From Deltaproteobacteria bacterium (lineage in GTDB: Bacteria; Myxococcota_A; UBA9160; SMWR01): 64,000 nt of DNA. A program made the position numbers and the translations under genes. Of this stretch, positions 17,537 through 27,292 are shown in pieces (the first letter of the stretch is position 1; each line of letters starts with the position of its first letter). The stretch is taken from assembly GCA_032128115.1 (NCBI GenBank), contig JAQBHB010000098.1, positions 1 to 64,000 on the forward strand. The letters run 5' to 3'. Under the pieces are notes generated by a model. It did no database searches. It saw only the letters and a list, made by a program, of their open reading frames with translations, and was not told the DNA's origin.

Positions 17537-20227
17537 ATGCTCGAGGATCCGATCGACGAGGGGGGCGACCGGGTCGATGACTTCCTGAGCCGCCTGCTGG
17601 TGGCCTGGGTGGCTGGCGTGTGCCGAAGGGCGCGGGCCGTGCTGTGGATCGCTGGCGTCGTGTCGATCGGGGCTCTGGGCTACGCGGCCACGCATCTGGG
17701 GATCAACACCCACCACACGGCGATCATCGGCGACGACCTCGAGTTCTGGAAGGCCTACAGCGAATTCGGCAAGGTCTTCCCGATCATCGACGAGGCGCTG
17801 CTGGTGGTGGTGGACGCGGAGACCCCCGCCCGCGCACGCGAGGCCACCGCCGCGTTGGCCGACGCCCTGATTGCCCAGCCGGAGCGCTTTGCACGGGTGT
17901 ACGTGCCCGGAGGAAGCCCGTTCTTCGAGCGCCATGCGCTGCTCTATCTCAGCACCGAGGAACTGGAGGATCTGGCCGACAACCTGGCCAGCGTGCAGCC
18001 CCTGCTGGCCGAGGTGTCCCGGGATCGCAGCCTCACGAACCTGGCCGGCGTGCTGCGCGACAGCATCAAGTACGCCGAGGATGGTGGCCCGGCCCCGGAC
18101 ATGAGCCTGGTCTTCGACTCCCTGAGCAACGCGGCGTCGGCGGTTCTGGTGGGTCGACCCGGGCCCGTATCCTGGACCGAGCTTCTGATGAAGCGAAAGC
18201 TTCCCGGCGACTCCGACCGGCGGGTGATCGTGCTGCACCCGATCTTCGACTACGACCGGCTGCTGCCCGGGAGCCGCGCCATCGATGCCGTGCGCAATAC
18301 AGCCCTCGAGCTGGGGCTCGACGCGGAGACGGGTGTGCAGGTGCGCGTCACCGGCAACGTGGCGCTCAACACCGAGGAGATGCTGCTGGTGGCCCGCCAG
18401 GCCGTGTTCGCGGTGGTGGGGTGTCTGGTGCTGGTGGGAGCCGTGCTGTTCGTGGCGCTGCGCTCCGTGCGAGTGGCCACCGGGATATTGGCCGCGCTGT
18501 TGTCGGGCCTGGTGTGTACGGCGGCCTTTGCGGCCTTCACCGTGGGAGATCTCAACGTCATCTCGATCGCGTTTGCGGTGCTCTTCATCGGGCTCGGCGT
18601 CGACTTCGGCATCCACCTGGGGATGCGCTTCGCCGAGCTGGTGCGCGAGGGCAGCAACGACGCGGCCGCCTTGGCCGAAACCGCAGGCGGTGTGGGGCCC
18701 TCGGTGGTGCTGTGCGCCTGCACCACCGCCATGGGATTCTTCGTGTTCCTGCCCACGCCCTACAAGGCGGTGGCCGAGCTGGGCTTGATCTCCGGGGCCG
18801 GCATGCTGATCAGCCTGGCCTGCTCGCTGACGGTGTTGCCGGCCGTGCTGGTGGTGATGTCTGGCGACGTGGGGCGCGTCTGGAAGGGAGCCACTGCCTT
18901 CGAGCGGGTGCTCGTGAGATTGGCGGTGCGCCACCCCCATCTGGTGCGCCGAACGGCAGCAGCGGCGGGTCTTCTCTGCCTGCTGTGGGTGCCGCAGGTG
19001 CGCTTCGACCACAACGTGGTGGCCATGCGCGACCCCTCCACCGAGTCGGCACAGACCTTCAACGATCTGCTCGCCGAGAGCGACACGTCGCCGTGGACCA
19101 TCGACGTGATGGCCCCGGACCTGGAATCGGCTCGTGAGACGGCCGATCGATTGCGCGAACTCGACGTGGTGGGACACGCAGTGACGTTGGCGGACTACGT
19201 TCCCGACGAACAGGAGGCGAAACTCGACATCCTCGCGGACCTGATCCTGTTCGTACCGCCGCCGCCGAGCGCCGAACTCCCGCCGCCCCCGCCCCTGGCC
19301 GAACAGATCGAGGCCCTGCGTGCCCTGCAGGTCGCCCTGAACTCGCCGCAGCTACAGGGCGGCGACCCGGGTCGCGCGGCCAGTGCCCAGCGCGCTGCCG
19401 CAAGCCTGGAGCGGTTCCTGGTGCGGCTCGAGCGCATCGATCGCAAGCAGCACGAGCTGGATGCATTCGAGGCCAGCCTCACAGGAACCCTGCCCGACCA
19501 GATGCAGCGCCTGTGGCGGGCGCTCGAGCCCGGCGAGGTGACGCTCAGCGACCTGCCGCTGGACCTGACCCGGAGAATGCTCGCGGAAGACGGCCGCGCG
19601 CGTCTGGAGGTGCTGCCGCGGGATAATCTGAGCGAAGTGGAGGCCCTGGAGCGCTTCGTGGACGACGTGCAGACCGTGGTGCCCAACGCCACGGGCAGCG
19701 CGGTGGCCCTGCTGGAGTGGAGCCGCGTGGTGACGCGCTCGTTCCAGCAGGCTCTGACCCTGGCTGCCATCGCCGTGACCCTGTTGCTCTGGATCCTGTG
19801 GCGTCGGATTTCCGACGTGGGCCTGGTCCTGGTTCCCATGGCGCTGGCGGCAGCCCTCACCACCGCCACCGCCGTGTTGCTGGGAATCCGCTTCAACTTC
19901 GCCAACGTCGTGGTGCTCCCGCTGCTGCTGGGGATCGGGGTCGACAGCGGCATCCACCTGGTAAGTCGACACCGCGCCCTGCACGGTCGCGAGCTCGAGA
20001 GCGCCACCCCGGAGACCGAGCTCCTGGGCAGCAGCACCGCCCAGGCGGTGCTCTTCAGCGCGCTCACCACCATGGGGAGCTTTGGCAGCCTCGCCCTTTC
20101 GACGCACCCGGGGATCGCGTCGCTGGGGCAGCTGCTCCTGATCGGTGTGACGTATACCCTCCTGTGCAATCTGGTGGTGCTCCCGGCCCTGATCGCGCGC
20201 ACAGCCGCGATGCCCACGGCGCGCTAA
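17537..20227 (+). CDS. hpnN: MMPL/RND family transporter, HpnN-like
   Basis: FFERHALLYLS, VRVTGNVAL, FAVLFIGLGVDFGIH, FNFANVVVLPLLLGIGVDSGIH, HPGIASLG; GGAGGG RBS. Confidence 0.85.
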   Translation: MLEDPIDEGGDRVDDFLSRLLVAWVAGVCRRARAVLWIAGVVSIGALGYAATHLGINTHHTAIIGDDLEFWKAYSEFGKVFPIIDEALLVVVDAETPARAREATAALADALIAQPERFARVYVPGGSPFFERHALLYLSTEELEDLADNLASVQPLLAEVSRDRSLTNLAGVLRDSIKYAEDGGPAPDMSLVFDSLSNAASAVLVGRPGPVSWTELLMKRKLPGDSDRRVIVLHPIFDYDRLLPGSRAIDAVRNTALELGLDAETGVQVRVTGNVALNTEEMLLVARQAVFAVVGCLVLVGAVLFVALRSVRVATGILAALLSGLVCTAAFAAFTVGDLNVISIAFAVLFIGLGVDFGIHLGMRFAELVREGSNDAAALAETAGGVGPSVVLCACTTAMGFFVFLPTPYKAVAELGLISGAGMLISLACSLTVLPAVLVVMSGDVGRVWKGATAFERVLVRLAVRHPHLVRRTAAAAGLLCLLWVPQVRFDHNVVAMRDPSTESAQTFNDLLAESDTSPWTIDVMAPDLESARETADRLRELDVVGHAVTLADYVPDEQEAKLDILADLILFVPPPPSAELPPPPPLAEQIEALRALQVALNSPQLQGGDPGRAASAQRAAASLERFLVRLERIDRKQHELDAFEASLTGTLPDQMQRLWRALEPGEVTLSDLPLDLTRRMLAEDGRARLEVLPRDNLSEVEALERFVDDVQTVVPNATGSAVALLEWSRVVTRSFQQALTLAAIAVTLLLWILWRRISDVGLVLVPMALAAALTTATAVLLGIRFNFANVVVLPLLLGIGVDSGIHLVSRHRALHGRELESATPETELLGSSTAQAVLFSALTTMGSFGSLALSTHPGIASLGQLLLIGVTYTLLCNLVVLPALIARTAAMPTAR

Positions 20228-20236
20228 CGTCTCCCC

Positions 20237-20698
20237 ATGGCCGTCGCACCGGCAACGTCGCACCGGGCGCCGTCGGCGCCGTTGGCGCTGCCCGCCCACC
20301 TGGTGCTCTTCGACGGCGTCTGCGTGTTCTGCGAGGGCGCCGTGCGCTGGATCATGAAGCGCGACCCGGATGCGCGCATCCGCTTCGCTCCGCTCCAGGG
20401 GGAGACGGCGGCGGCGCTGCGTCGCGCCCATCCGCAGCTCCCCGAGTCCATCGACAGCATGGTCTACGTGGAATCCCGGGACGGAGTGGAAAGCATCCAT
20501 CTGCGCTCGGCGGCGGCGTTCCGGATCTTTGCCCAGATCCGGGGCCCGTGGCGCGGGTTGGCGTGGCTCCGCATCCTGCCGCGGTTTCTCACCGATCGGG
20601 CCTATGATGCATTCGCGCGGGTTCGCTACCGGCTCTTCGGAAAACGGGATGTCTGCCTCGTGCCGAACCCCGAAGAGCGCGACCGCTTCCTGGATTGA
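20237..20698 (+). CDS. DCC1-like thiol-disulfide oxidoreductase (DUF393)
   Basis: VLFDGVCVFC, FAPLQ, DRAYDAFARVRYRLFGKRDVC. Confidence 0.9.
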   Translation: MAVAPATSHRAPSAPLALPAHLVLFDGVCVFCEGAVRWIMKRDPDARIRFAPLQGETAAALRRAHPQLPESIDSMVYVESRDGVESIHLRSAAAFRIFAQIRGPWRGLAWLRILPRFLTDRAYDAFARVRYRLFGKRDVCLVPNPEERDRFLD

Positions 20699-21279
20699 AG
20701 CCCCGGTTCGTGACGGTGGTGACGGGCATCCCCCGGTCCGGGACGTCCCTGATGATGCAGATGCTGGCCGCGGGGGGGCTCGAGCCCCTCTGCGACGATG
20801 CCCGCCCCCCGGACGCGGACAACCCACTCGGCTACTACGAGTTCGAGGCCGTCAAATGCATCCAGCGCGACGCCCGCTGGGTGAGCGACGCGGTGGGTCG
20901 CGCCGTCAAGGTGGTGCAGCCGCTCGTGACGGAGCTTCCGGGCGGTCACGCGTATCGGCTGGTGTGGATGCGCCGGCCCCTGGACGAGGTGCTGGCCTCC
21001 CAACGCGAGATGCTGATGCGGCTCGGGGGGGAGCCGGACGACCTTCCCAGCGAGCGCTGGGTCGCCATTTTCCGGGACCAGGACCGCGCGCTCGAGCGAT
21101 GGCTGGACGAGCGCGGCGACGCGCGGGCGCTGCTGGTGGAATACCGCGACGCGGTCTCCAACCCCGGCGCCACGGCACGCAATCTGGATGCTTTCCTGGG
21201 TGGGGAACTGGACTGCGAAGCCATCTGCCGGGTCGTGGACCCGGCCCTCTATCGGCGGAAGGCGGATCCGCCGGGGTGA
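20695..21279 (+). CDS. Sulfotransferase family protein
   Basis: VVTGIPRSGTSLMMQML PAPS-binding loop, DNPLGYYE, RRPLDEVLASQ. Confidence 0.85.
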   Translation: MKPRFVTVVTGIPRSGTSLMMQMLAAGGLEPLCDDARPPDADNPLGYYEFEAVKCIQRDARWVSDAVGRAVKVVQPLVTELPGGHAYRLVWMRRPLDEVLASQREMLMRLGGEPDDLPSERWVAIFRDQDRALERWLDERGDARALLVEYRDAVSNPGATARNLDAFLGGELDCEAICRVVDPALYRRKADPPG

Positions 21280-22091
21280 GGCGGCGGGGGCGCGTTTGGC
21301 CACCGCGAGCGGCCCGGCGCTGCCGGCGCGGCCTCTTCCACGCGACGCGCGGGGCGCGTCGCCGCTTCTCCCAGCTCGCGCGCGAATCGCTCGCGCATGC
21401 GCTCGGTGATCATCTCCACGTCCTGGTCGGCGAAGCTGTCGTAGGGCACCTCGTCGAGCACGCGGATCTCGATCTCGTGGCGCCCCCGGAGCACGAAGCC
21501 GCGCTTGGGCAGGGCGTTTGCGGTGCCGCGAAGCACGATGGGGAGGATCGGCCGGCCGGAACGCTTCGCCAGCTCGAAGGCGCCGGTCTTGAAGCTGCGC
21601 AGGCGGCCGTCGGGAGAGCGGGTGCCCTCGGGAAACATCATGATCGAGTTGCCCTGGGCCAGGGTCTCCTCACAGGCGCGCATCATCTGGATCACGCTCT
21701 TCTTGTCGCCGCGCCGGAGTTTGATGTAGCGGTTCATCGTCATGTTCCAGCCGATACACGGAACGCGAAAATTCTCGATCTTCGACACCCATTTGAAGTG
21801 AGCGAAGATCCGGAACATCACGAGGATGTCCAGCAGCGACTGGTGATTCGCCACCATCACATAGGTCTCGTCGGGGCGGATCTTGTGGAGATCCTCCACG
21901 CGCACGCGCCAGGCCGGATTGAGCCAGGTGTAGAGGGAGGCCCAGAAGCACGTGAACTGGTGGAGCACACGCAGACGGCGATCGAAGGGCCAGGTCACCA
22001 GCCAGATCAGGGCGGCCACCGGGAACAGCAGGATCGAACTCGCCGTCATGAAGAGCCAGAAAACCAGGGACAGGGCGCGGCGAACCAGCAT
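21249..22091 (-). CDS. plsC: 1-acyl-sn-glycerol-3-phosphate (lysophospholipid) acyltransferase
   Basis: NHQSLLD, FPEGTRS, FKTGAF; start likely ATG 22091. Confidence 0.9.
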   Translation of the reverse strand: MLVRRALSLVFWLFMTASSILLFPVAALIWLVTWPFDRRLRVLHQFTCFWASLYTWLNPAWRVRVEDLHKIRPDETYVMVANHQSLLDILVMFRIFAHFKWVSKIENFRVPCIGWNMTMNRYIKLRRGDKKSVIQMMRACEETLAQGNSIMMFPEGTRSPDGRLRSFKTGAFELAKRSGRPILPIVLRGTANALPKRGFVLRGRHEIEIRVLDEVPYDSFADQDVEMITERMRERFARELGEAATRPARRVEEAAPAAPGRSRWPNAPPPPHPGGSAFRR

Positions 22092-22121
22092 CGCGGACCG
22101 ATTATCCCCCCTCACCCGGGC

Positions 22122-22844
22122 CTACACCAGTCCCCGATCCCTGGGGGCGCGGGCGCCGCACGCGGTCACGAAGGCGCCGAACAGCCGTTCCCGATGGGGT
22201 CCTTCCAGCTTCTCCGGGTGCCACTGGACGCCTACGCAGAAGGGGTCGTCGCGGCTCTCGACGGCCTCGATGAGCCCGTCGCCCGCGCGCGCGCTCACGC
22301 GCATGCCGTCGCCCGGGTCCGAAACACCCTGGTGGTGCAGGCTGTTCACCGGGCCGGCGTCGTTGCCCAGGATCCGGGCGAGTCGGCTCCCGGCCTCCAT
22401 CTGTACGGGATGCCGGCCGTCCGTCTCGGAGAGCCGGTGAGATCCGGCGTCGGGCCGGTCCGTGGGGATGTCGTATACGAGTCTGCCGTGCCGGTGTAGG
22501 ACCAGCAGTTGCATGCCGTAGCAGATGCAAAGCACTGGAATGCCGCGGCGGGAGGCATGCTCCAGCAGGCGGCGGTCGAAGTCGATCTGGCGCGCGGGCG
22601 CCAGATCGAAGGCGATGCCGGGATAGTCGTGCGGCGGCGGCAGGTCGTCGCCACCGGGAATCAGGAGGCCGTCGATCCCCGCCACGAGGGCTTCGGCGCG
22701 GTCCTGGAGTGGCAAGAAGACGGCGTCGGCGCCGGCTTCCGTCACGGCGCGCACGTACGCGGTATCGATATACTGGTAATCGCGCGCGGGCTTCCAGCGA
22801 CCGCGAACGTCGAGGCACAGGGGAATGCCGACCAACGGCCGCAT
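22122..22844 (-). CDS. Gamma-glutamyl-gamma-aminobutyrate hydrolase family (peptidase C26, PuuD-like)
   Basis: DGLLIPGGDD, ICYGMQ, VNSLHHQGV, GVQWHPE. Confidence 0.9.
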   Translation of the reverse strand: MRPLVGIPLCLDVRGRWKPARDYQYIDTAYVRAVTEAGADAVFLPLQDRAEALVAGIDGLLIPGGDDLPPPHDYPGIAFDLAPARQIDFDRRLLEHASRRGIPVLCICYGMQLLVLHRHGRLVYDIPTDRPDAGSHRLSETDGRHPVQMEAGSRLARILGNDAGPVNSLHHQGVSDPGDGMRVSARAGDGLIEAVESRDDPFCVGVQWHPEKLEGPHRERLFGAFVTACGARAPRDRGLV

Positions 22845-22946
22845 GGCGCGGAGTATACCGGCCGCGCGGAGCCCCCCCCGTGGCGGTTGCCAGGTTTCTT
22901 GCTGGGTTGCTTACCGGGTTGTCGGATGGGAGGGCGGTGCGGGCGG

Positions 22947-23795
22947 ATGGCGAGAATCCTGATTGCGGGCTGTGGTTACGTGGGCGGCGCCCTGGGCGAG
23001 CTGCTGGTGCGGGAGTCGCACGCGGTCTGGGGGCTGTCGCGTCGGCCCCTGATGCTTCCCGCGGGCGTGCAGTCGATCGAGGCCGACGTGTCCATGGCCA
23101 CGAGCCTTTACGACCTGCCGCCGAACCTGGACTGCGTCTACTACCTGGTGGCGCCCAGCGGGGCCGACGACGCTGTCTATCGCGCCGCCTATGTGACGGG
23201 ACCGGGGCAGCTCCTGGAGTCGTTGCGAAAGCAGGGGCAGCGCCCCAGGCGTTTCTTCTTCGCCTCGAGCACCTCGGTCTATGCCCAGGACGACGGGGGC
23301 TGGGTGGACGAGACCTCACCCACCGAGCCCAAGCAGTTTCGCGGACGCCGGCCGCTGGAGGGCGAGCAGATCGCGCTGGCGGGTCCATTTCCGGCCAGCG
23401 TGGTCCGATTTGGCGGGATCTACGGCCCCCGCCGCACGCGCCTGATCGACCGGGTGCGGGCCGGTCGCGCCGTGTACTCGAAGAAGCCGCGCTACACCAA
23501 CCGCATCCACCGGGACGACTGCGCGGGGGTCCTGCGCCACCTGGCGAAGCTCGAGGCGCCCGAGCCCGTCTACCTGGGTGTCGACTCGGAACCGGCGCCC
23601 GAGGCGGAGGTGCTGGAGTGGCTGGCGGGTGTGCTCGGCGCACCGCAGCCCCGCAAGGTGCGGGCGGGCGAACTGCCCGAGCGCTCGTCGAGCAACAAGC
23701 GCTGTCGCAACCAACGCCTGCTCTCGTCGGGCTACGCCTTCCGCTACCCGAGCTTTCGCGAAGGCTACCGGGAACTGGTGGAGGGCCAGATCTAG
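22947..23795 (+). CDS. Atypical SDR / NAD-dependent epimerase (YeeZ-like)
   Basis: ILIAGCGYVG, ASSTSVY, RFGGIYGPRR, NRIHRDD, YPSFREG. Confidence 0.88.
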   Translation: MARILIAGCGYVGGALGELLVRESHAVWGLSRRPLMLPAGVQSIEADVSMATSLYDLPPNLDCVYYLVAPSGADDAVYRAAYVTGPGQLLESLRKQGQRPRRFFFASSTSVYAQDDGGWVDETSPTEPKQFRGRRPLEGEQIALAGPFPASVVRFGGIYGPRRTRLIDRVRAGRAVYSKKPRYTNRIHRDDCAGVLRHLAKLEAPEPVYLGVDSEPAPEAEVLEWLAGVLGAPQPRKVRAGELPERSSSNKRCRNQRLLSSGYAFRYPSFREGYRELVEGQI

Positions 23796-24943
23796 TGCCC
23801 CGCGTCCCGCATTTCGACGCGTCGGTCGCCGCCATCCCGGGCGCCATCTTCTCGGCCTGGGAGCGCCGACTCGATGCCGAGGCCAATGACATCTGTCCTC
23901 TTCACCTGGGCGACACCTGGATGGAACCCTTCGCTGGCGGCCGCATGGAGGATCTTCGCGAGGCCGATTTTCCGGGCCTGCACCGCTACAGCGAGACCCA
24001 GGGCATCCGACCCCTGGTGGAAGCGGTGGTGGGAAAGGTGCGCCAGCGCAACCAGCTGGCGTGCGATCCCGAGTCGGTGCTGGTGGCGGCCGGTGCCACC
24101 GGCGCCCTGTGCACGGCGGTGGGTTCGCTGGTGTCTCCCGGCGAGGAGGTGCTGATCCTGGCGCCGTACTGGCCCCTGATCCGCGGCATCGTACGCAGCC
24201 TGCGGGCGGTGCCTGTCGAGGTGCCGTTCTACGACCGGGTGGATTCGCCGGAATCGGCGGTGGAAGCGGTGCGGGAGCGGCTCACGGAGAGAACTGCGGC
24301 CCTGTACGTATCGACACCCTCGAATCCCACCGGTCGCGTGCTGCCCGCGAGCCAGCTCGAGGCCCTGGCCGACTTTGCCCGGAGCGAGAGCCTGTGGCTG
24401 CTCTCGGATGAGGTCTACGAGGACTACGTCTACCGGGGAGAGCACGTGTCCATGGGGCGCTACGCGCCCGAGCGCACGCTCACGGTGTTCTCGTTCTCGA
24501 AGTCCTACGGCATGGCGGGAAATCGCACCGGCTACCTGGTGGGGCCCGCCGCGGCCATCGTGCAGGCGCGCAAGATGGGAACCCACACTTCCTACCACGC
24601 ACCCACCGCGGGCCAGGTGGCGGGCCTGAAGGCGCTGCGCGACGGGCGGCCCTGGGTCGAGCGTGCGCGCAGCCTGTATCGAGAGGCAGGGGAGACCGCG
24701 GCCGCGGCCCTTGGGCTGGCCCCGCCCGAGGGCTCCACGTTCCTCTTCTTCGATGTGAGTCGCGCCCTGGACACCCGCGGGGTGCCCGGCTTCCTGAACG
24801 ATTGCCTGGACGCGGGAGTGGCTCTGGCGCCGGGTCTGTCGTGCGGAGACGACTACGCCGGGTGGGTGCGGCTCTGCTACACGTCGGCGCCGCCCGATCA
24901 GGTGCGGGATGCGGTGGAACGCGTGTCGCAATTGCTTCGCTGA
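23795..24943 (+). CDS. PLP-dependent aminotransferase, class I/II
   Basis: TPSNPTG, SDEVYEDY, FSFSKSYGMAGNRTG; GTG start overlaps the upstream TAG. Confidence 0.92.
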   Translation: MPRVPHFDASVAAIPGAIFSAWERRLDAEANDICPLHLGDTWMEPFAGGRMEDLREADFPGLHRYSETQGIRPLVEAVVGKVRQRNQLACDPESVLVAAGATGALCTAVGSLVSPGEEVLILAPYWPLIRGIVRSLRAVPVEVPFYDRVDSPESAVEAVRERLTERTAALYVSTPSNPTGRVLPASQLEALADFARSESLWLLSDEVYEDYVYRGEHVSMGRYAPERTLTVFSFSKSYGMAGNRTGYLVGPAAAIVQARKMGTHTSYHAPTAGQVAGLKALRDGRPWVERARSLYREAGETAAAALGLAPPEGSTFLFFDVSRALDTRGVPGFLNDCLDAGVALAPGLSCGDDYAGWVRLCYTSAPPDQVRDAVERVSQLLR

Positions 24944-25020
24944 CGGGACATGGGGAGGTGGTAGCCTCGGGCCCGGAGTCCGGGGTGCGGAGCAACGGTT
25001 CTTGGAGCGTTCCAATCGCG

Positions 25021-26595
25021 ATGTCGAAGTTCGCGAGACCCCTCCTGCTCCTGGCGATCGTCTCGATCCATCCGTTCGTCCATTTCTACGCGAACAACCT
25101 GCAGGAGGGCTTCTCCTTCGCCGACCTGGCGGGCTACGCGGCAGCCACGTTTGCCGCCACCGCCGCCTTGTATCTCACGCTCTACGCGGTGCTGAGGCCC
25201 ACGGCTGGCGGTCTCGCAGCGGGGTGCGCGATCTTCGTGATGGTCCTCTTCAGCTACCACGACGTCTCCCTCTCGCTCGAAGATCTCGCGATGGGAGAGC
25301 AGGCTCGCGGAATCGCATGGGCCGCCCTTGCGGTCTTCGGCCTCGTCCTCGCGCTGACGCTTGGCGCACGCCGCTGGTTTCAGCTGTTCCTCCTCCTCTT
25401 CGCGGCGGGAAGACTTGCACTGCCCGTCGCCGCCATCGCGAAATACCAGCTTCCGCTCGGCGATTCGCAGCTCTCGACGCAGGAGGCCTACCCGCTCGAA
25501 GGCAACGACGTCTGGTCCGGGGTGGCGATTCGCAGGCCGAACATCTACTGGCTGGTGCTCGACTCCTATCCGAACGAAACGATCCTCCGCGAGGTCTTCC
25601 AGTTCGACAACGGCGCCTTCACCCAGTACCTCACTGAGAGGGGCTTCTACGTCGCCCCCCTCAGCCACGCGAACTTCAACGTGACGAGCGCCAGCATGAC
25701 GACGGCGCTGAACATGGAGTACACCTACGACGAAAAGGAGGCCTACGCGGAGATCCGGGCCGACTACCGCGGCTGGCGACCCGGCCGCACGAGGAATGGC
25801 CTCGCGGCGACTCTCGCCGGAGACAACCGCGTTGTCGGCTTCCTCAAGCAGCTCGGCTACCGGTACGTCCACTTCGACAACGGGCGCTGGGCAAGCTTTC
25901 GCTGCCGGGGATACGAGGACGTCTGCATCGTCGGGGCCACCGCAGGCCTCACTGAGCTCGAAACCGGCCTGCTCTCGCTCGTCCCGTACGGCCCACTGCG
26001 AACGATCCTCGGAGACCGGCCCACGCTCTCCGAGACCCGGGGCACGCGTCCGGGGAGCGCCTCGGGAACCGGAATCCCGGAGTTCGCACGGGCAGTCTCC
26101 GAGCTCGAGATCGCCGCTCCCTACTTCGTCTACGCCCACGTCGCGTCGCCCCACTCGCCCCACTACAACGACGAGAACTGCGATCGCGTCTCAGAGGGCG
26201 GATACACGGACCGCTCGTTCGTTTCTCAGCTCCGCTGCGTCAATCGGCAGATGCGCGAGCTTCTCGATGCGATCGTCCGCGACGATCCCCAGGCGCTCGT
26301 CGTCGTCGCCGGGGATCACGGCGCTCGCTTCACCGCACCCAGGGCCCGAATCGATCGCCTGACGCCTCTCCAGATTCGGGAGCGCCTCGGGATTCTCGCG
26401 GCTTTCCGGGTCTCGGACGAGTGCCGTGCGCAGCTCTCCCCGACGCTCAGCCCGGTGAACTTCATGCGATTCGTCTTTGCATGCCTGGGGGGAGAGGCGC
26501 CTCGCCTGGTCGCATCGGAGCACTTCATCATCGCCACCCGGAAGGAGCGGCGCGACTTCGGGCGGATCCGACGCGTCTCGGTCGACGATCGGTGA
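25021..26595 (+). CDS. Membrane-anchored sulfatase-like / LTA-synthase-like hydrolase or transferase
   Basis: About 5 N-terminal TMs, then RPNIYWLVLDSY, FVYAHVASPHSPH, VVAGDHG, SPVN. Confidence 0.8.
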   Translation: MSKFARPLLLLAIVSIHPFVHFYANNLQEGFSFADLAGYAAATFAATAALYLTLYAVLRPTAGGLAAGCAIFVMVLFSYHDVSLSLEDLAMGEQARGIAWAALAVFGLVLALTLGARRWFQLFLLLFAAGRLALPVAAIAKYQLPLGDSQLSTQEAYPLEGNDVWSGVAIRRPNIYWLVLDSYPNETILREVFQFDNGAFTQYLTERGFYVAPLSHANFNVTSASMTTALNMEYTYDEKEAYAEIRADYRGWRPGRTRNGLAATLAGDNRVVGFLKQLGYRYVHFDNGRWASFRCRGYEDVCIVGATAGLTELETGLLSLVPYGPLRTILGDRPTLSETRGTRPGSASGTGIPEFARAVSELEIAAPYFVYAHVASPHSPHYNDENCDRVSEGGYTDRSFVSQLRCVNRQMRELLDAIVRDDPQALVVVAGDHGARFTAPRARIDRLTPLQIRERLGILAAFRVSDECRAQLSPTLSPVNFMRFVFACLGGEAPRLVASEHFIIATRKERRDFGRIRRVSVDDR

Positions 26596-26607
26596 ATCCG
26601 GCTACCG

Positions 26608-27195
26608 TTACTTGCGCTTGGCGGACTCGATCGTCACCGTCTCTTTGGGCACGTTGGCTTGCCCCGCCTGTTTCCCCGTAGGCACCGCGGCGATCTTCTC
26701 CACCACTTCCATTCCGTTCACCACCTTGCCGAAGACCGCGTAGCCGAAGTCGCGATCGCCGTGGTCGAGAAACGTGTTGTCCTTCAGATTGATGAAGAAC
26801 TGGGAGGTGGCGCTGTCCTTGTCGGCGGTGCGGGCCATGGCCAGGGTGCCGGGCTCGTTCTTGAGGCCGTTATCGGCCTCGTTCACGATGGGCGCGCGCG
26901 TCTGCATGCGCTGCAGGTCCGGCCCCATGCCGCCGCCCTGGATCATGAAGTCGGGAATCACCCGGTGGAAGACCGTGCCGTCGTAGAAGCCCGCGTCCAC
27001 GTACGCGAGGAAGTTCGCCACGCTGACAGGGGCCTCGCTGGGAAACAGCTCGATCTCGATGGGACCCATGCTGGTGGTGAGGATGACCAAGGGGTTCTCC
27101 TGTGTTTTCGAGGGGGAGGGGGCCGTTTCCGCCCCGCAGGCCGGAGCCAGCAGGAGGGTCGCCCCGACGGCGATCGCGGGTAGGAAGTTGCGCAT
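26608..27195 (-). CDS. ppiA: Cyclophilin-type peptidyl-prolyl isomerase, exported (possible lipoprotein)
   Basis: [44 protein letters not shown]; signal ending LAPAC. Confidence 0.93.
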   Translation of the reverse strand: MRNFLPAIAVGATLLLAPACGAETAPSPSKTQENPLVILTTSMGPIEIELFPSEAPVSVANFLAYVDAGFYDGTVFHRVIPDFMIQGGGMGPDLQRMQTRAPIVNEADNGLKNEPGTLAMARTADKDSATSQFFINLKDNTFLDHGDRDFGYAVFGKVVNGMEVVEKIAAVPTGKQAGQANVPKETVTIESAKRK

Positions 27196-27292
27196 GGCCG
27201 GCACGGTAGCGAACCCGGCGAGTTTCTCACCGGGAGGGCGCTAGACTCGCGCACCCGGAGTAAACGCCCCGATCGGGGCGGGCGAGGGCGAA

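Noticed and set aside
15221..19177. 1318-aa minus-strand ORF (likewise 3263..6391, 7475..10867, 40782..42935, 31798..33837)
   Set aside because: Antisense shadows of genes with clear family motifs; stop codons are scarce at this GC content.
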